From Bacteroidota bacterium (lineage in GTDB: Bacteria; Bacteroidota; Bacteroidia; AKYH767-A; 2013-40CM-41-45), in the NCBI GenBank assembly GCA_031417395.1, contig JANOVM010000057.1, forward strand, positions 18,078 through 82,077: a stretch of 64,000 bases of DNA. The letters run 5' to 3'. Shown one piece after another: positions 26,378 to 36,059 of this stretch. The position numbers and the translations under genes were made by a program. The notes below the pieces were generated by a model. The model searched no databases. It worked only from the letters and a program-made list of their open reading frames with translations, and was not told the DNA's origin. Every line of letters begins with the position of its first letter. Positions within the stretch are counted from its first letter, which is position 1.

Positions 26378-27979
26378 TTAATAGGCAATTGAAATTTTTG
26401 TAACCAGTCTGCTGTTCGATGTTACAATAACTACCTGATAAAGTCCCGGCTTTAGATTTAAATTATACTCGACCTGTCTCAAAGATCCGGGCAAGACATC
26501 TCTGAATTCTTCCTTACCTAAACTATTTAAAACATAGAAATACTTATTGCTTTCTTGATCGGTCGGCCATTTCATGGTTATGTTTCCTGAAGATGGATTT
26601 GGAAAAATCATAAAGCTATTGGTTTTATAATTTTTTATTTCATTAAAGATGCCGGACAAATCATACTTAGCCACGCCGATATTCGAAGTCTCTAAATTAT
26701 TTTCATAATTAAACCTACCGCAAACATAAACGCTGCCATCGACTCCTTCAGTTATCGATTTTCCGTTTTCTCCTAAGAGGTTCAGGGAATCGAAGATATC
26801 ATATCCAAGAAGGTTAAGTGAAGTATCAAAAGCGGCAAAGAATAAATCAGACTTAGGGAAGGATAGAACAAAAAGGCTTCCTGTTGCGCCTATTATTCCA
26901 TTGTCGAGCATGCGGATATCTCCAAGTTCAGAGGTAAAATATGCAGTAAGTTGAAAACTTGAACTGTCAATCAATGCTCCTGATGAATCTAATTTTTCAA
27001 TACTTAAAACATCCAGGCCATTTTGAGGAACCTTAGATCCATAAATGTTCCCATGATTATCGGAGAGTAATCTTAAATAGGACAGAGGTAGAATAGACTT
27101 TTTCCAAAGTAAATTTCCTGTTGTATCCAATTTCATGAGTATACCAACTTGTCCAATGGTATCCATAAGTATGCCGGAGACATAAATATTTTTGTTGACA
27201 TCAATTATCATGTCATTCAAGTCAGCAAAGGATTGAGTAGAATATTGTTTCAATGTCCAATCACGAACACCGTTTGAAGTATAATGAGATACAAAAATAA
27301 AATTTAAAGATGTAGTTGTATCTCTCCCTGATCCTGCAGCAAATAATCCGCCTGATGAATCCGCCAGCAACTTAACGTCATACGAAAACCCAAAGGAAGA
27401 ATCTACTCGTTCCCAAAGGACAGTCCCGGCCGAGTCCATGCATAGCAGCGACAAGCATACAAGTGGGAAGGCATCCCAATGAGATGCAACAACGAAACTT
27501 GAATTACTTAGAATTTCCATATCTAAAACATCGTAACCTGGAAAAGTTGTACTGCTGTCCGGTACATAAAAGTGCCTGACAGCAAAAGTAGTATCAAAAC
27601 GAGCCACAACTATTTTACTTATAGGCAGTGAATCGTTGTAAAGTGTAGCGGCGGCAAAAATATTTCCATGGTTATCTTGCTTAACTTTAACATAGCCCGG
27701 TCCGGGATTGGAAGTATCAATATCGAGAAAAGCTGCTGATTCATCAATGAAAAGCAGTGCATTCTTGTTTCTGCCTGAAACGCTTTGGTAAATACCGCTT
27801 GTAACGGTTTTCCCCGAAGGCAGAACTGTAATGCTCTTCCCCGATGATTCGTAATTCCCGTTTGGGCTATAGGAATAATCCCATGTACGGCTAATCTGTG
27901 AAAAAACATTATTATGCATTAAAATACCTGCTATCAAAATCAGGAATAATAGATAAGTTTTGAAAGAAATTTGTTTCAT
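26378..27979 (-). CDS. secreted protein with T9SS C-terminal sorting domain
   Basis: Signal peptide. C-terminus MIFPNPSSGNITMKW...GLYQVVIVTSN. Confidence 0.6.
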   Translation of the reverse strand: MKQISFKTYLLFLILIAGILMHNNVFSQISRTWDYSYSPNGNYESSGKSITVLPSGKTVTSGIYQSVSGRNKNALLFIDESAAFLDIDTSNPGPGYVKVKQDNHGNIFAAATLYNDSLPISKIVVARFDTTFAVRHFYVPDSSTTFPGYDVLDMEILSNSSFVVASHWDAFPLVCLSLLCMDSAGTVLWERVDSSFGFSYDVKLLADSSGGLFAAGSGRDTTTSLNFIFVSHYTSNGVRDWTLKQYSTQSFADLNDMIIDVNKNIYVSGILMDTIGQVGILMKLDTTGNLLWKKSILPLSYLRLLSDNHGNIYGSKVPQNGLDVLSIEKLDSSGALIDSSSFQLTAYFTSELGDIRMLDNGIIGATGSLFVLSFPKSDLFFAAFDTSLNLLGYDIFDSLNLLGENGKSITEGVDGSVYVCGRFNYENNLETSNIGVAKYDLSGIFNEIKNYKTNSFMIFPNPSSGNITMKWPTDQESNKYFYVLNSLGKEEFRDVLPGSLRQVEYNLNLKPGLYQVVIVTSNSRLVTKISIAY

Positions 27980-28275
27980 AAATTTAAATTAACTGATGGG
28001 AAATAAATCTTACTGTAAATAAAAGCAATTGCCTTCAATGATACGTAAAGCTATTGTTAATTATTTCCGGCGTTTTAAAAAGGGTATTATTTAAATGAAA
28101 TATGCAAAATACACGAATTTAGGTGCCAACACTTTATTAATCTCTTCTGTTTTATTATTACAAGGGTTTAGCCATTGAAATATGGCTTTTCTGGCATTGA
28201 CAATCCAACCGGACTAAGCATAAATTAGTTACATTTGTTGTCCTGCATCTTTGCAACAATGCCCCCTCCATTAAA

Positions 28276-30540
28276 ATGAGAAACTGCAACCTTTTACTGC
28301 TTTGCTTCGCCTTTCCGATGTCAGGATTTTCTCAGCTTGTTATTACAAATAATGCCTCTGCTACATCATTGGCGCAAACCATTGTAGGGAATGGAATCAC
28401 TGTCAGCAATGCTATGATTGACTGTGGAGTTAATTCAACTGCAACATTTACCTATACCGGGTCAAGTCTCGGATTGCCCAATGGAGTTTTATTAACCAGT
28501 GGACTTGCTTCTGATGTTTCAAATCCGGGAACGTATTTCAGCAGTGTTCAAAATGGAAATAATTTAAGCGATCCCAATGTAATTGCTATCAGTTCCCAAG
28601 CACGCTACGATGCCTGTTTCCTGGAGTTTGATTTTATACCTGTTTGTGATACACTTAACATTACCTACGTTTTCGGTTCAGAGGAATATCCACAATACAT
28701 CAATCAATACAACGATGTTTTTGCAATGTTTCTCACCGGTCCGAATCCTGCCGGAGGAAATTATTCTTCTCATAACATAGCGACATTGCCCAATGGAACA
28801 ACACCTGTTTCAATATTTACCATCAATGGCGGCTGGCCCCTTGGCTCCGGAGCTGCTAACCTCGCGTATTATGTAGATAATTATACAAATCCCAATACAG
28901 ACATTGTTTACGATGGTTATACAATTCCAATTACTTCGACAGTAGCTGTAACCCCATGCGTTTCTTATCACCTTAAAATTGCTATTGTAGATGCCTTAAA
29001 TGGAAGATACGATTCAGGTGTTTTTATTCAGGGAAATACTTTTACGTGCAGTACTGCACCAAATCCAACCATAGCTGCAACCGATGCATGCATAAATAAT
29101 GGTACTGCCACTGTATTGGTCTATAATTATTCCGGTCCATCAAACTATTTATGGTTCCCCGGTGGACAAACTTCATCTACCATAACAAATTTAGCGCCCG
29201 GAGATTATTCTTGTTTGATTACCTATCCCGGATTGTGCACTACAGACAGTTTAACTGTTACAGTTAATGATGGTCAACCATCTGTTGTTACAATGCCGTC
29301 AACAACGATTTGCATTGGACAATCGGTTTCATTAACAGCAAATGCTACCGGTGGTGCTTCCGGTTATAATTATTCATGGACAACGGGATCAACTCCCATG
29401 AATGTAAATGTAAGTCCGACAGTAACTACAACATACACCGTAATAGCTTCCGATGCAAATGGATGCAATTCATTGCCGAAATCTGTTACAATCAATGTTA
29501 ATCCGCCGTTGACGGTTCAAACTACGAATGCAATATCGATATGCGAAAATGCATCAACAACACTTTCAGCATTGGCCGGCGGAGGTAATGGAAACTACAG
29601 TTACATGTGGTCTCCTTCATCCGGACTTAGTGATACAACAATTTCTAATCCCATTGCAACTCCCGCAATTAGTACGTCATACATTTTAACGTTGTCAGAT
29701 GATTGCGGCACACCTCCAATTTCAACTGCCATTTCTGTCTCCGTTGAACCACAGCCAACTCCTTTGATTTCTGCAAATGTTTTATCGGGTTGTGTGCCGC
29801 TATGTGTTGCTTTTACAGATACTTCATCGGCAACATGCTCAACAGCGACATGGACTTTTGGTGATGGTGCCGATACAATTTCTTGCAGCAATTTAATACA
29901 TTGTTTTACTAAACCCGGTACATATACTGTTGCCAATACAAAAACAAGCACGGCAGGTTGTATTGGAACGGGAAGGAGAAGCAATTACATCACTGTATTT
30001 TCTAAACCAATTCCTGCATTTTCATATTTGCCCAATCCGGTTTTAATTATTGATCCGGCGGTTGGTTTTACAGATCAATCAACCGATGCTATTTCATGGC
30101 ATTGGTCCTTTGGCGACAATGTTAATAATACGTCACAAGAGAAAAATCCTGTTCATGTTTATGCAGATACAGGATGTTATGATTTGCAGCTTGCCGTCAT
30201 GAATCTCAACGGTTGTGCCGACACAATAAATTCTCAGATATGTGTAGAAATGGAATTGGAATTCTATGCACCGAATGCTTTTACTCCCAATAATGACGGA
30301 ATAAATGAAGTCTTTCTACCCTTGGGAACAGGAATTAACAAAAGCGAATATGAATTTTCAATATTTGATCGATGGGGAAGAGAAATTTTCAAAACCTCAA
30401 GACTTGGTGAAGGCTGGACAGGGAAAGTCTCAAATGGATCAAAGACAGCACCCGAAGACACCTATGTTTGGCTTGTCAAGTTGTATGACTTCCAAAGAAA
30501 TTTTCATCAATTTGTAGGGAAGGTGAGTTTGATAAAATAA
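28276..30540 (+). CDS. surface protein with a choice-of-anchor L-like N-terminal domain, PKD-like repeats and a CHU_C / T9SS type B CTD
   Basis: The N-terminus ITNNASATSLAQTIVGNGITVSNA...GLPNGVLLTSG is choice-of-anchor L-like. The repeated Ig/PKD units have CxxT motifs. The C-terminus FYAPNAFTPNNDGINEVFLPLG...FSIFDRWGREIF...YVWLVKL is CHU_C. Confidence 0.75.
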   Translation: MRNCNLLLLCFAFPMSGFSQLVITNNASATSLAQTIVGNGITVSNAMIDCGVNSTATFTYTGSSLGLPNGVLLTSGLASDVSNPGTYFSSVQNGNNLSDPNVIAISSQARYDACFLEFDFIPVCDTLNITYVFGSEEYPQYINQYNDVFAMFLTGPNPAGGNYSSHNIATLPNGTTPVSIFTINGGWPLGSGAANLAYYVDNYTNPNTDIVYDGYTIPITSTVAVTPCVSYHLKIAIVDALNGRYDSGVFIQGNTFTCSTAPNPTIAATDACINNGTATVLVYNYSGPSNYLWFPGGQTSSTITNLAPGDYSCLITYPGLCTTDSLTVTVNDGQPSVVTMPSTTICIGQSVSLTANATGGASGYNYSWTTGSTPMNVNVSPTVTTTYTVIASDANGCNSLPKSVTINVNPPLTVQTTNAISICENASTTLSALAGGGNGNYSYMWSPSSGLSDTTISNPIATPAISTSYILTLSDDCGTPPISTAISVSVEPQPTPLISANVLSGCVPLCVAFTDTSSATCSTATWTFGDGADTISCSNLIHCFTKPGTYTVANTKTSTAGCIGTGRRSNYITVFSKPIPAFSYLPNPVLIIDPAVGFTDQSTDAISWHWSFGDNVNNTSQEKNPVHVYADTGCYDLQLAVMNLNGCADTINSQICVEMELEFYAPNAFTPNNDGINEVFLPLGTGINKSEYEFSIFDRWGREIFKTSRLGEGWTGKVSNGSKTAPEDTYVWLVKLYDFQRNFHQFVGKVSLIK

Positions 30541-30599
30541 GTTGGAACGGTTAATATTTATTCTTTTTATACTTCAAGTCAAAGAAATTCATTCGAAGA

Positions 30600-30990
30600 C
30601 TAACAAATAGATCAAAGCTCGGCTGAGCGCAGTCGAAGCCAAAATTAAAATTGATCCCGGTCACTGAGCGCAGCCGAAGTGCGGTTATTGAGCACTGACG
30701 AAGTGTGGTTCCTCCCGCTGGTCGAAGTCTTAAGCGGGAGCAGCATAATTATTTTATTGCTCTGCAATCAAATCGAGCGCGTGACTTCGTCCTCTACGAA
30801 GAACGGTAAGTAAAATTCCTTTAAATGATAATAGAGATTAATATTGTTATCATTAATAAATACGTAAAATCATTGATCATTAAATTCGTAAGCACTTTAA
30901 TTGGCATGTCGTGGACGAAGTCACGCGCTCGATTTGGAGGCTAAACTTTTACTAAAGGTTAGTGGTTCGCGCTTAGACTTCGCCCAGCAA
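30600..30990. repeat. GC-rich cluster of short repeats, including a perfect 24-bp inverted repeat (30769-30792 / 30913-30936) around a 120-bp AT-rich spacer
   Basis: CAAATCGAGCGCGTGACTTCGTCC and its exact reverse complement. There are multiple cGAAGTGyGGT / GAGCGCAG-cGAAG direct repeats and small hairpins (cccgct..agcggg). Confidence 0.6.
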
Positions 30991-31090
30991 AGTGCGGTCA
31001 TTAACCAGATTCTATATATATTTATCCAAATCATAAAATCTCTCCCTTTTAATGAATATAATTATTAAATTTAGATATTATTAATCTACC

Positions 31091-31723
31091 ATGATGCAGT
31101 TTTCAGAAGAGGAGAAAAAAGAAATCCTAAAACATTTTGGTAAACCTTTATCCGATTTGGACTACGATGATTTTATAAAACAAAGAAAGCAGTTGTTTTT
31201 AAAGTATCATCCTGATGTGTATCAGAATCTCGGCAATGAAACGGTCAATCAAATGATGAATGAACAATTTCAAAAAATAAACATTCTTTGCGACAAACTT
31301 GAAAATCATTTCACGTCAAAAAAATCTTTGGTAAGCGAAATAAACATACTTAAAGAAAATGCAGCATTCAGTATTGATGGCTTAGAAATTGAATTGCTTA
31401 CCAGCGATAAAGATTTGGTGTATCACTTGTTTGGAACCCAGTATCGATGGTTGCAGCGCGGTGAAAAATTCAAAATTCCCGAAACCAATGCTTTTATAAT
31501 TATTCGGGAAGATCACTTAAATCGGTCTGTAGGTTTTCGTCAGAGTGTTAAAATGTTCTTGACATTTACGGAAAATGATTCTCTGGAAGTTATTGCTGCG
31601 TGGCTTTTTCTAAATATTGAAAAATCGGTGGAGACACTTATAATTAATAAAGAAGTTCAAAAAATGGATTTCGCAAATATTCTTTTAGCGCTTATGAGAA
31701 CTTCACGACGTCTTTTGAATTGA
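31091..31723 (+). CDS. J-domain (DnaJ-like) protein
   Basis: N-terminal ...DYDDFIKQRKQLFLKYHPDVYQN contains the invariant HPD tripeptide in a helix II / helix III context. Confidence 0.6.
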   Translation: MMQFSEEEKKEILKHFGKPLSDLDYDDFIKQRKQLFLKYHPDVYQNLGNETVNQMMNEQFQKINILCDKLENHFTSKKSLVSEINILKENAAFSIDGLEIELLTSDKDLVYHLFGTQYRWLQRGEKFKIPETNAFIIIREDHLNRSVGFRQSVKMFLTFTENDSLEVIAAWLFLNIEKSVETLIINKEVQKMDFANILLALMRTSRRLLN

Positions 31724-32187
31724 CTTTGTCAACACTTTGGTGTTGTTGCTCAACACCAATTTTTAGAAAAATCTTCCTGGTACTTTTATTTATCTATGAT
31801 TACTTATTTTTGTATTTGCTCCGGGCTATTAATAAGCTATTTTTATATTAGTATGTTTAAAATAAGCATATTACTTCAATAAGCGTCGGAGAAAATCACT
31901 GCCGCGCAACCGCCGCGTACCGCCGCTTCGCTGCGGTTGACTCGTCCTAAAAAAAGGTTATTTTTCTCCGACCATAAAAACTGTACCAATATTCAAGATC
32001 TTTTTTCAAAATCATAAGAAGACAGAAAAGGGGGGAGTCATCAAAACTGTCATTATTCTATTACTATCCTGATTGAACCTAAAATATTTTTCAATCCCTT
32101 AAATCCAGAAGACTGTTTACCCCGTATGTTGATTTTGAAAGGTACCCATTCACATCCATATTTATTTACAATTTAAAATTAACTTTT

Positions 32188-34278
32188 ATGAAAAAAATAA
32201 CTAGTATGAAATTTGTAATTTCTGCAGTATTGTTTGGAGGAATTCTCTTTGGATTAATTGCTACAAACATTATTGATTTAACCGCTTCAAGCCATAGGGA
32301 AGCACCACTAATTGCTAATGATCCTTTGGCTGATAATACCGATTTATATGCATTTCGTAATCCCAACGATACCAATAAAATTGTAATTATTGCGAATTAT
32401 GTGCCGGCTGAATTACCACAGGGCGGACCCAATTATTATTCTTTCGGCGAAAATGTAAGGTATGAAGTCCATGTTAAAAATGGTCATTCCAAGAAAATGA
32501 ATGAAGACGACATCGTTTATCGTTTCACTTTCAAGCAGGTAAACGAAGATCCAACCACTTTTTTTAACATTCGATTGGGCAAACAAAACCTGAAGACGAC
32601 CTATACCTGTGAACGGAGTATGAATGGAGGAAAGTCATTTCAAACAATTGCAACCAATGGAATAGTTCCTCCTAATAACATTGGTCCTCGTTCAATTGAC
32701 GGACCTGTTGGTTTAAACACGCCTTATGCTACTTTACGCACCAATGCACTTAAGCAAGCTTCAACGGGAGAACAAATTTTCTGTGGACCTTCTGATGATC
32801 CTTTCTTTGTGGATTTAGGCGGTATATTTGATTTAGGTCAATCAAGAGACGGTGGTACAGGCGTGGATAGTCCACGCGATGCTCTGGCATGTAAAAACGT
32901 TCACTCCATTTGTTTGAATATTCCAATTTCCACCTTGCAAAAGGATGGTAAAAATGTTACCATGGCTCAGAATATTTTGGATAAAGATTATATTATAGGA
33001 GTTTGGGCAAGTGCAAGCAGACAAAAGATCACCATGCTCGACGACAATGGTGGATCCCCAAAAACTTCAGGAAAATGGATTCAGGTATCAAGAATTGGAA
33101 TGCCTTTAACAAATGAAGTTGTTATTCCAATTGGAGACAAAGATTATTGGAATGCACAAACACCATACAATGAAGTCGCTTTTGAAAAATACTTTATGAA
33201 TCCGGAGCTTGCTTTATACATGGACAACAGTCAGTTTGGTGGAGCAGTACCTGCATTTAGTTCATTGAGAATTCAAACCAACTCATTGCAGGCCTTTGAT
33301 TTTAGGAATACTAAAAACGGATTATTCTCATTGTTAGGTTCACCTGCAGTTACAAATACTGCATTGGATCCTTCAATCTTCGGAAATTATTTACTTAGAG
33401 CTAATAATCCGCGTTCGGTAGATATTCTCCCAATTTTTATGATGGGCGTTCCAAACCTTCCTCCATATCAATTGGCCACAGGAAAAAATGGAAATCCTTT
33501 AGCGGCCGGAAAACCTTTTATTAATAATTTTCTTCCTACCAATGGTGACATGTTGCGGTTGAATATGGCCGTACCGGTAACAGACAGAAATGATCCAAAT
33601 TTTAACTCGCTGGGATTAATATATGCAGCTGTTCTTGGACTAACCGATCCAGCTTACAATCAAAATGCAAGTTTGCAATTTATTCCTAACATGGATGGAT
33701 TTCCGAATGGCAGAAGACTTGAAGATGATGTAACGAGAATTGAGCTGCAGGCTGTGAGCGGCGCAGTACTTGCAGCGATTGGATTATGGTATGATGATTA
33801 TACAGCAGGTGGTCCTAACCCTGTTACACCGGCACTTCTGGGAGTATTGGGTTATAAAACCGGTGTGGAAGAAAACGATACAGCGTTTCAAACACAATTT
33901 CCTTACGTACAAACTCCGTGGAATGGTTACAGTGGGTGCAAGTGTGGTCCGACAGGTTATTACAAGATGGCAAGTACTATTGCACCGATGAATCTTGGAT
34001 TAAATTTAGGAACTCCCGTGAGTGTGATGATGAATTATCCTAATCCCGCTTCTGATAAAACAACCTTTAAAGTGAAACTTATGGAAAATGCAAAGGTCTC
34101 CATTAAGATTTATGATATCAATGGACGAATTATTGCTACACCTTTAAATGAAAATAAAACAGAAGGAACATTTGAAGTACCTGTTGACTTGTCAGATTTT
34201 AATGCAGGAGTATATTTTGCAATATTGTCGAACAATGAACAAACTGTACAGACAGTAAAATTTTTAGTATCTAAATAG
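32188..34278 (+). CDS. secreted DUF4331-like protein with T9SS C-terminal domain
   Basis: The mature N-terminus ASSHREAPLIANDPLADNTDLYAFRNPND...IIANYVP.E.P.GGPNYY is the characteristic start of DUF4331-family proteins, as I recall it. The C-terminus NYPNPASDKTTFKV...GVYFAILSNN is a T9SS CTD. Confidence 0.55.
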   Translation: MKKITSMKFVISAVLFGGILFGLIATNIIDLTASSHREAPLIANDPLADNTDLYAFRNPNDTNKIVIIANYVPAELPQGGPNYYSFGENVRYEVHVKNGHSKKMNEDDIVYRFTFKQVNEDPTTFFNIRLGKQNLKTTYTCERSMNGGKSFQTIATNGIVPPNNIGPRSIDGPVGLNTPYATLRTNALKQASTGEQIFCGPSDDPFFVDLGGIFDLGQSRDGGTGVDSPRDALACKNVHSICLNIPISTLQKDGKNVTMAQNILDKDYIIGVWASASRQKITMLDDNGGSPKTSGKWIQVSRIGMPLTNEVVIPIGDKDYWNAQTPYNEVAFEKYFMNPELALYMDNSQFGGAVPAFSSLRIQTNSLQAFDFRNTKNGLFSLLGSPAVTNTALDPSIFGNYLLRANNPRSVDILPIFMMGVPNLPPYQLATGKNGNPLAAGKPFINNFLPTNGDMLRLNMAVPVTDRNDPNFNSLGLIYAAVLGLTDPAYNQNASLQFIPNMDGFPNGRRLEDDVTRIELQAVSGAVLAAIGLWYDDYTAGGPNPVTPALLGVLGYKTGVEENDTAFQTQFPYVQTPWNGYSGCKCGPTGYYKMASTIAPMNLGLNLGTPVSVMMNYPNPASDKTTFKVKLMENAKVSIKIYDINGRIIATPLNENKTEGTFEVPVDLSDFNAGVYFAILSNNEQTVQTVKFLVSK

Positions 34279-34293
34279 TTTATATTGTTGGTA

Positions 34294-34327
34294 AGAGTGC
34301 ATTCGAAAGGGTGCACTCTTTTTTTAT
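34294..34327 (+). terminator. intrinsic terminator
   Basis: agagtgca-ttcgaaaggg-tgcactct followed by a T7 run. It lies 16 bp after the stop of the 32188-34278 gene. Confidence 0.6.
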
Positions 34328-34452
34328 TCAGGTATTAATTCAAAAGTAAAGACTATAAATTCAACATTCACATAATAATAGTTGTAATTGACCAATAATT
34401 TCATGGTAGAAGTTAATAATTCCTAACTTTAATATTATTAACATCAAAAGCC

Positions 34453-35829
34453 ATGAAAAAATATTTTTTTGTTCTATGTTTATTTGTTTTATTACTGCAA
34501 ATTGAAAAGGTGCAAAGTCAATCTTTTAAATTCGCAAATACTATTGATGGTAAATATGCACCTTATGGAATTCGCCGTACAAGCTGGCAATCGGCTACAA
34601 CGGTTTTTAAACTTGATTCGACAGGAAACACTGTGTGGGTTAGAGATTTTTCGGGATATATTGTACCCTCAACATATTCTAACCAATTAATTGGTTCTGC
34701 TTTCGATGGAAAATACTTGTATGTTCTGGAGATACAAGGAGTCGATAATGGTTCGGGTCCTCCTCATACGTATAATCCTGCCATAATTAAATTAGACACA
34801 TTGGGTAATGTGCTTTTTATCGTTAATGCTTCTGTTCAACCGGGCGGAAGTTATAATGTAATTGATATATTTCCTTCACTTACAAATGGCGTTTGGTTAT
34901 TGGATGATTATGCTCCGGGATTTACGCATTATGGAAATGCATTGTATTTTGATAGTTTAGGACAAGCAGGGGTCAATCTTGGATTTTGGTATGGATCTGT
35001 TGCAACGATGAGGGAATTGAAAATTTTACCGGATTCAAATTATATAATATGTGTAAATCATCGACCTTCAGGAGCCGGTATGGGAGATTCATATCCTGCA
35101 TTGACTAAAATTGATGTCCTTGGTACAATTTTATGGCGAAGAGATTTCATCATTACAGGAGCAACTTTTACCGATGGTTTAAGAGAGCTCGTAATGAACA
35201 CTGATAGTTCAGGAAATATTTATTTGATTTGCGATTATTATCAAAACGGAATATCCGGAGTTGCCGGAATTAAAGTTTCTTCTTCAGGCAATTTGTTAGT
35301 TTCAAATCTGTGGACAAATCTTTCCGGAAGTAACGTTAATTCTCTAAAGTTTGAAAACAATGAATTGGTTTGTTCATACAATGGCACGGAAATACATTTT
35401 GATACATTATTAAATAACCCATGCCTTAATGCACAGAATTTACAACTTGCACAGGGCAATCATTTTTTGGGAGGCAGTTATACGCAACAATATTCAAGCA
35501 CTACTTTTTCACCTGTTAATGGAGCACAGCTTACGTATACACCGCAAATATTAACAGATTATTGCAATGCAGCATCTTCTGAGGAGAAAGAGTCGCGCAC
35601 ATCTATTTTAAAAATATTTCCAAACCCGGCTGAAAGTGAAATAAACATCACAACTAATTTTATTGGAACTTGTTTACTGACGATCACTGACCTTCAAGGA
35701 AGAATATGTATTAAAAAGAACAATTGGCCCGGAACTAAAATTGATCTAAATTCTCTAAAGCGGGGAGTTTATTTTATTTCTTTATTTTATGATGACAGAA
35801 GCGAATACAATAAGTTTGTAATAAGGTAA
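34453..35829 (+). CDS. secreted hypothetical protein with T9SS C-terminal domain
   Basis: Signal peptide. C-terminus KIFPNPAESEINITT...GVYFISLFYDD. Confidence 0.6.
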   Translation: MKKYFFVLCLFVLLLQIEKVQSQSFKFANTIDGKYAPYGIRRTSWQSATTVFKLDSTGNTVWVRDFSGYIVPSTYSNQLIGSAFDGKYLYVLEIQGVDNGSGPPHTYNPAIIKLDTLGNVLFIVNASVQPGGSYNVIDIFPSLTNGVWLLDDYAPGFTHYGNALYFDSLGQAGVNLGFWYGSVATMRELKILPDSNYIICVNHRPSGAGMGDSYPALTKIDVLGTILWRRDFIITGATFTDGLRELVMNTDSSGNIYLICDYYQNGISGVAGIKVSSSGNLLVSNLWTNLSGSNVNSLKFENNELVCSYNGTEIHFDTLLNNPCLNAQNLQLAQGNHFLGGSYTQQYSSTTFSPVNGAQLTYTPQILTDYCNAASSEEKESRTSILKIFPNPAESEINITTNFIGTCLLTITDLQGRICIKKNNWPGTKIDLNSLKRGVYFISLFYDDRSEYNKFVIR

Positions 35830-36059
35830 TTTGTATGCAATATTTATCAAGGGTGATATTATTTATGCGAAACTATTAATGATTTTCACCCCAGGTCTGT
35901 TTATCAATACCGTTTTGCAATTTCTAAACTAATTTCGCTATTTTCAGGAATTGAATGAACAATCATTTATATAGGTAAATAATTAATGTAAAAAAAAGTT
36001 AATGGAATGATCCTTTGTTTTTGTGCATTGTAAATTCCCCCTTATGATTTGAATCGTCT

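Noticed and set aside
30600-30990. Possible CRISPR array, given repeated short GC-rich motifs
   Set aside because: The repeats are 9-12 bp and irregularly spaced, some are inverted, and there are no uniform spacers. There are no cas genes in the window.
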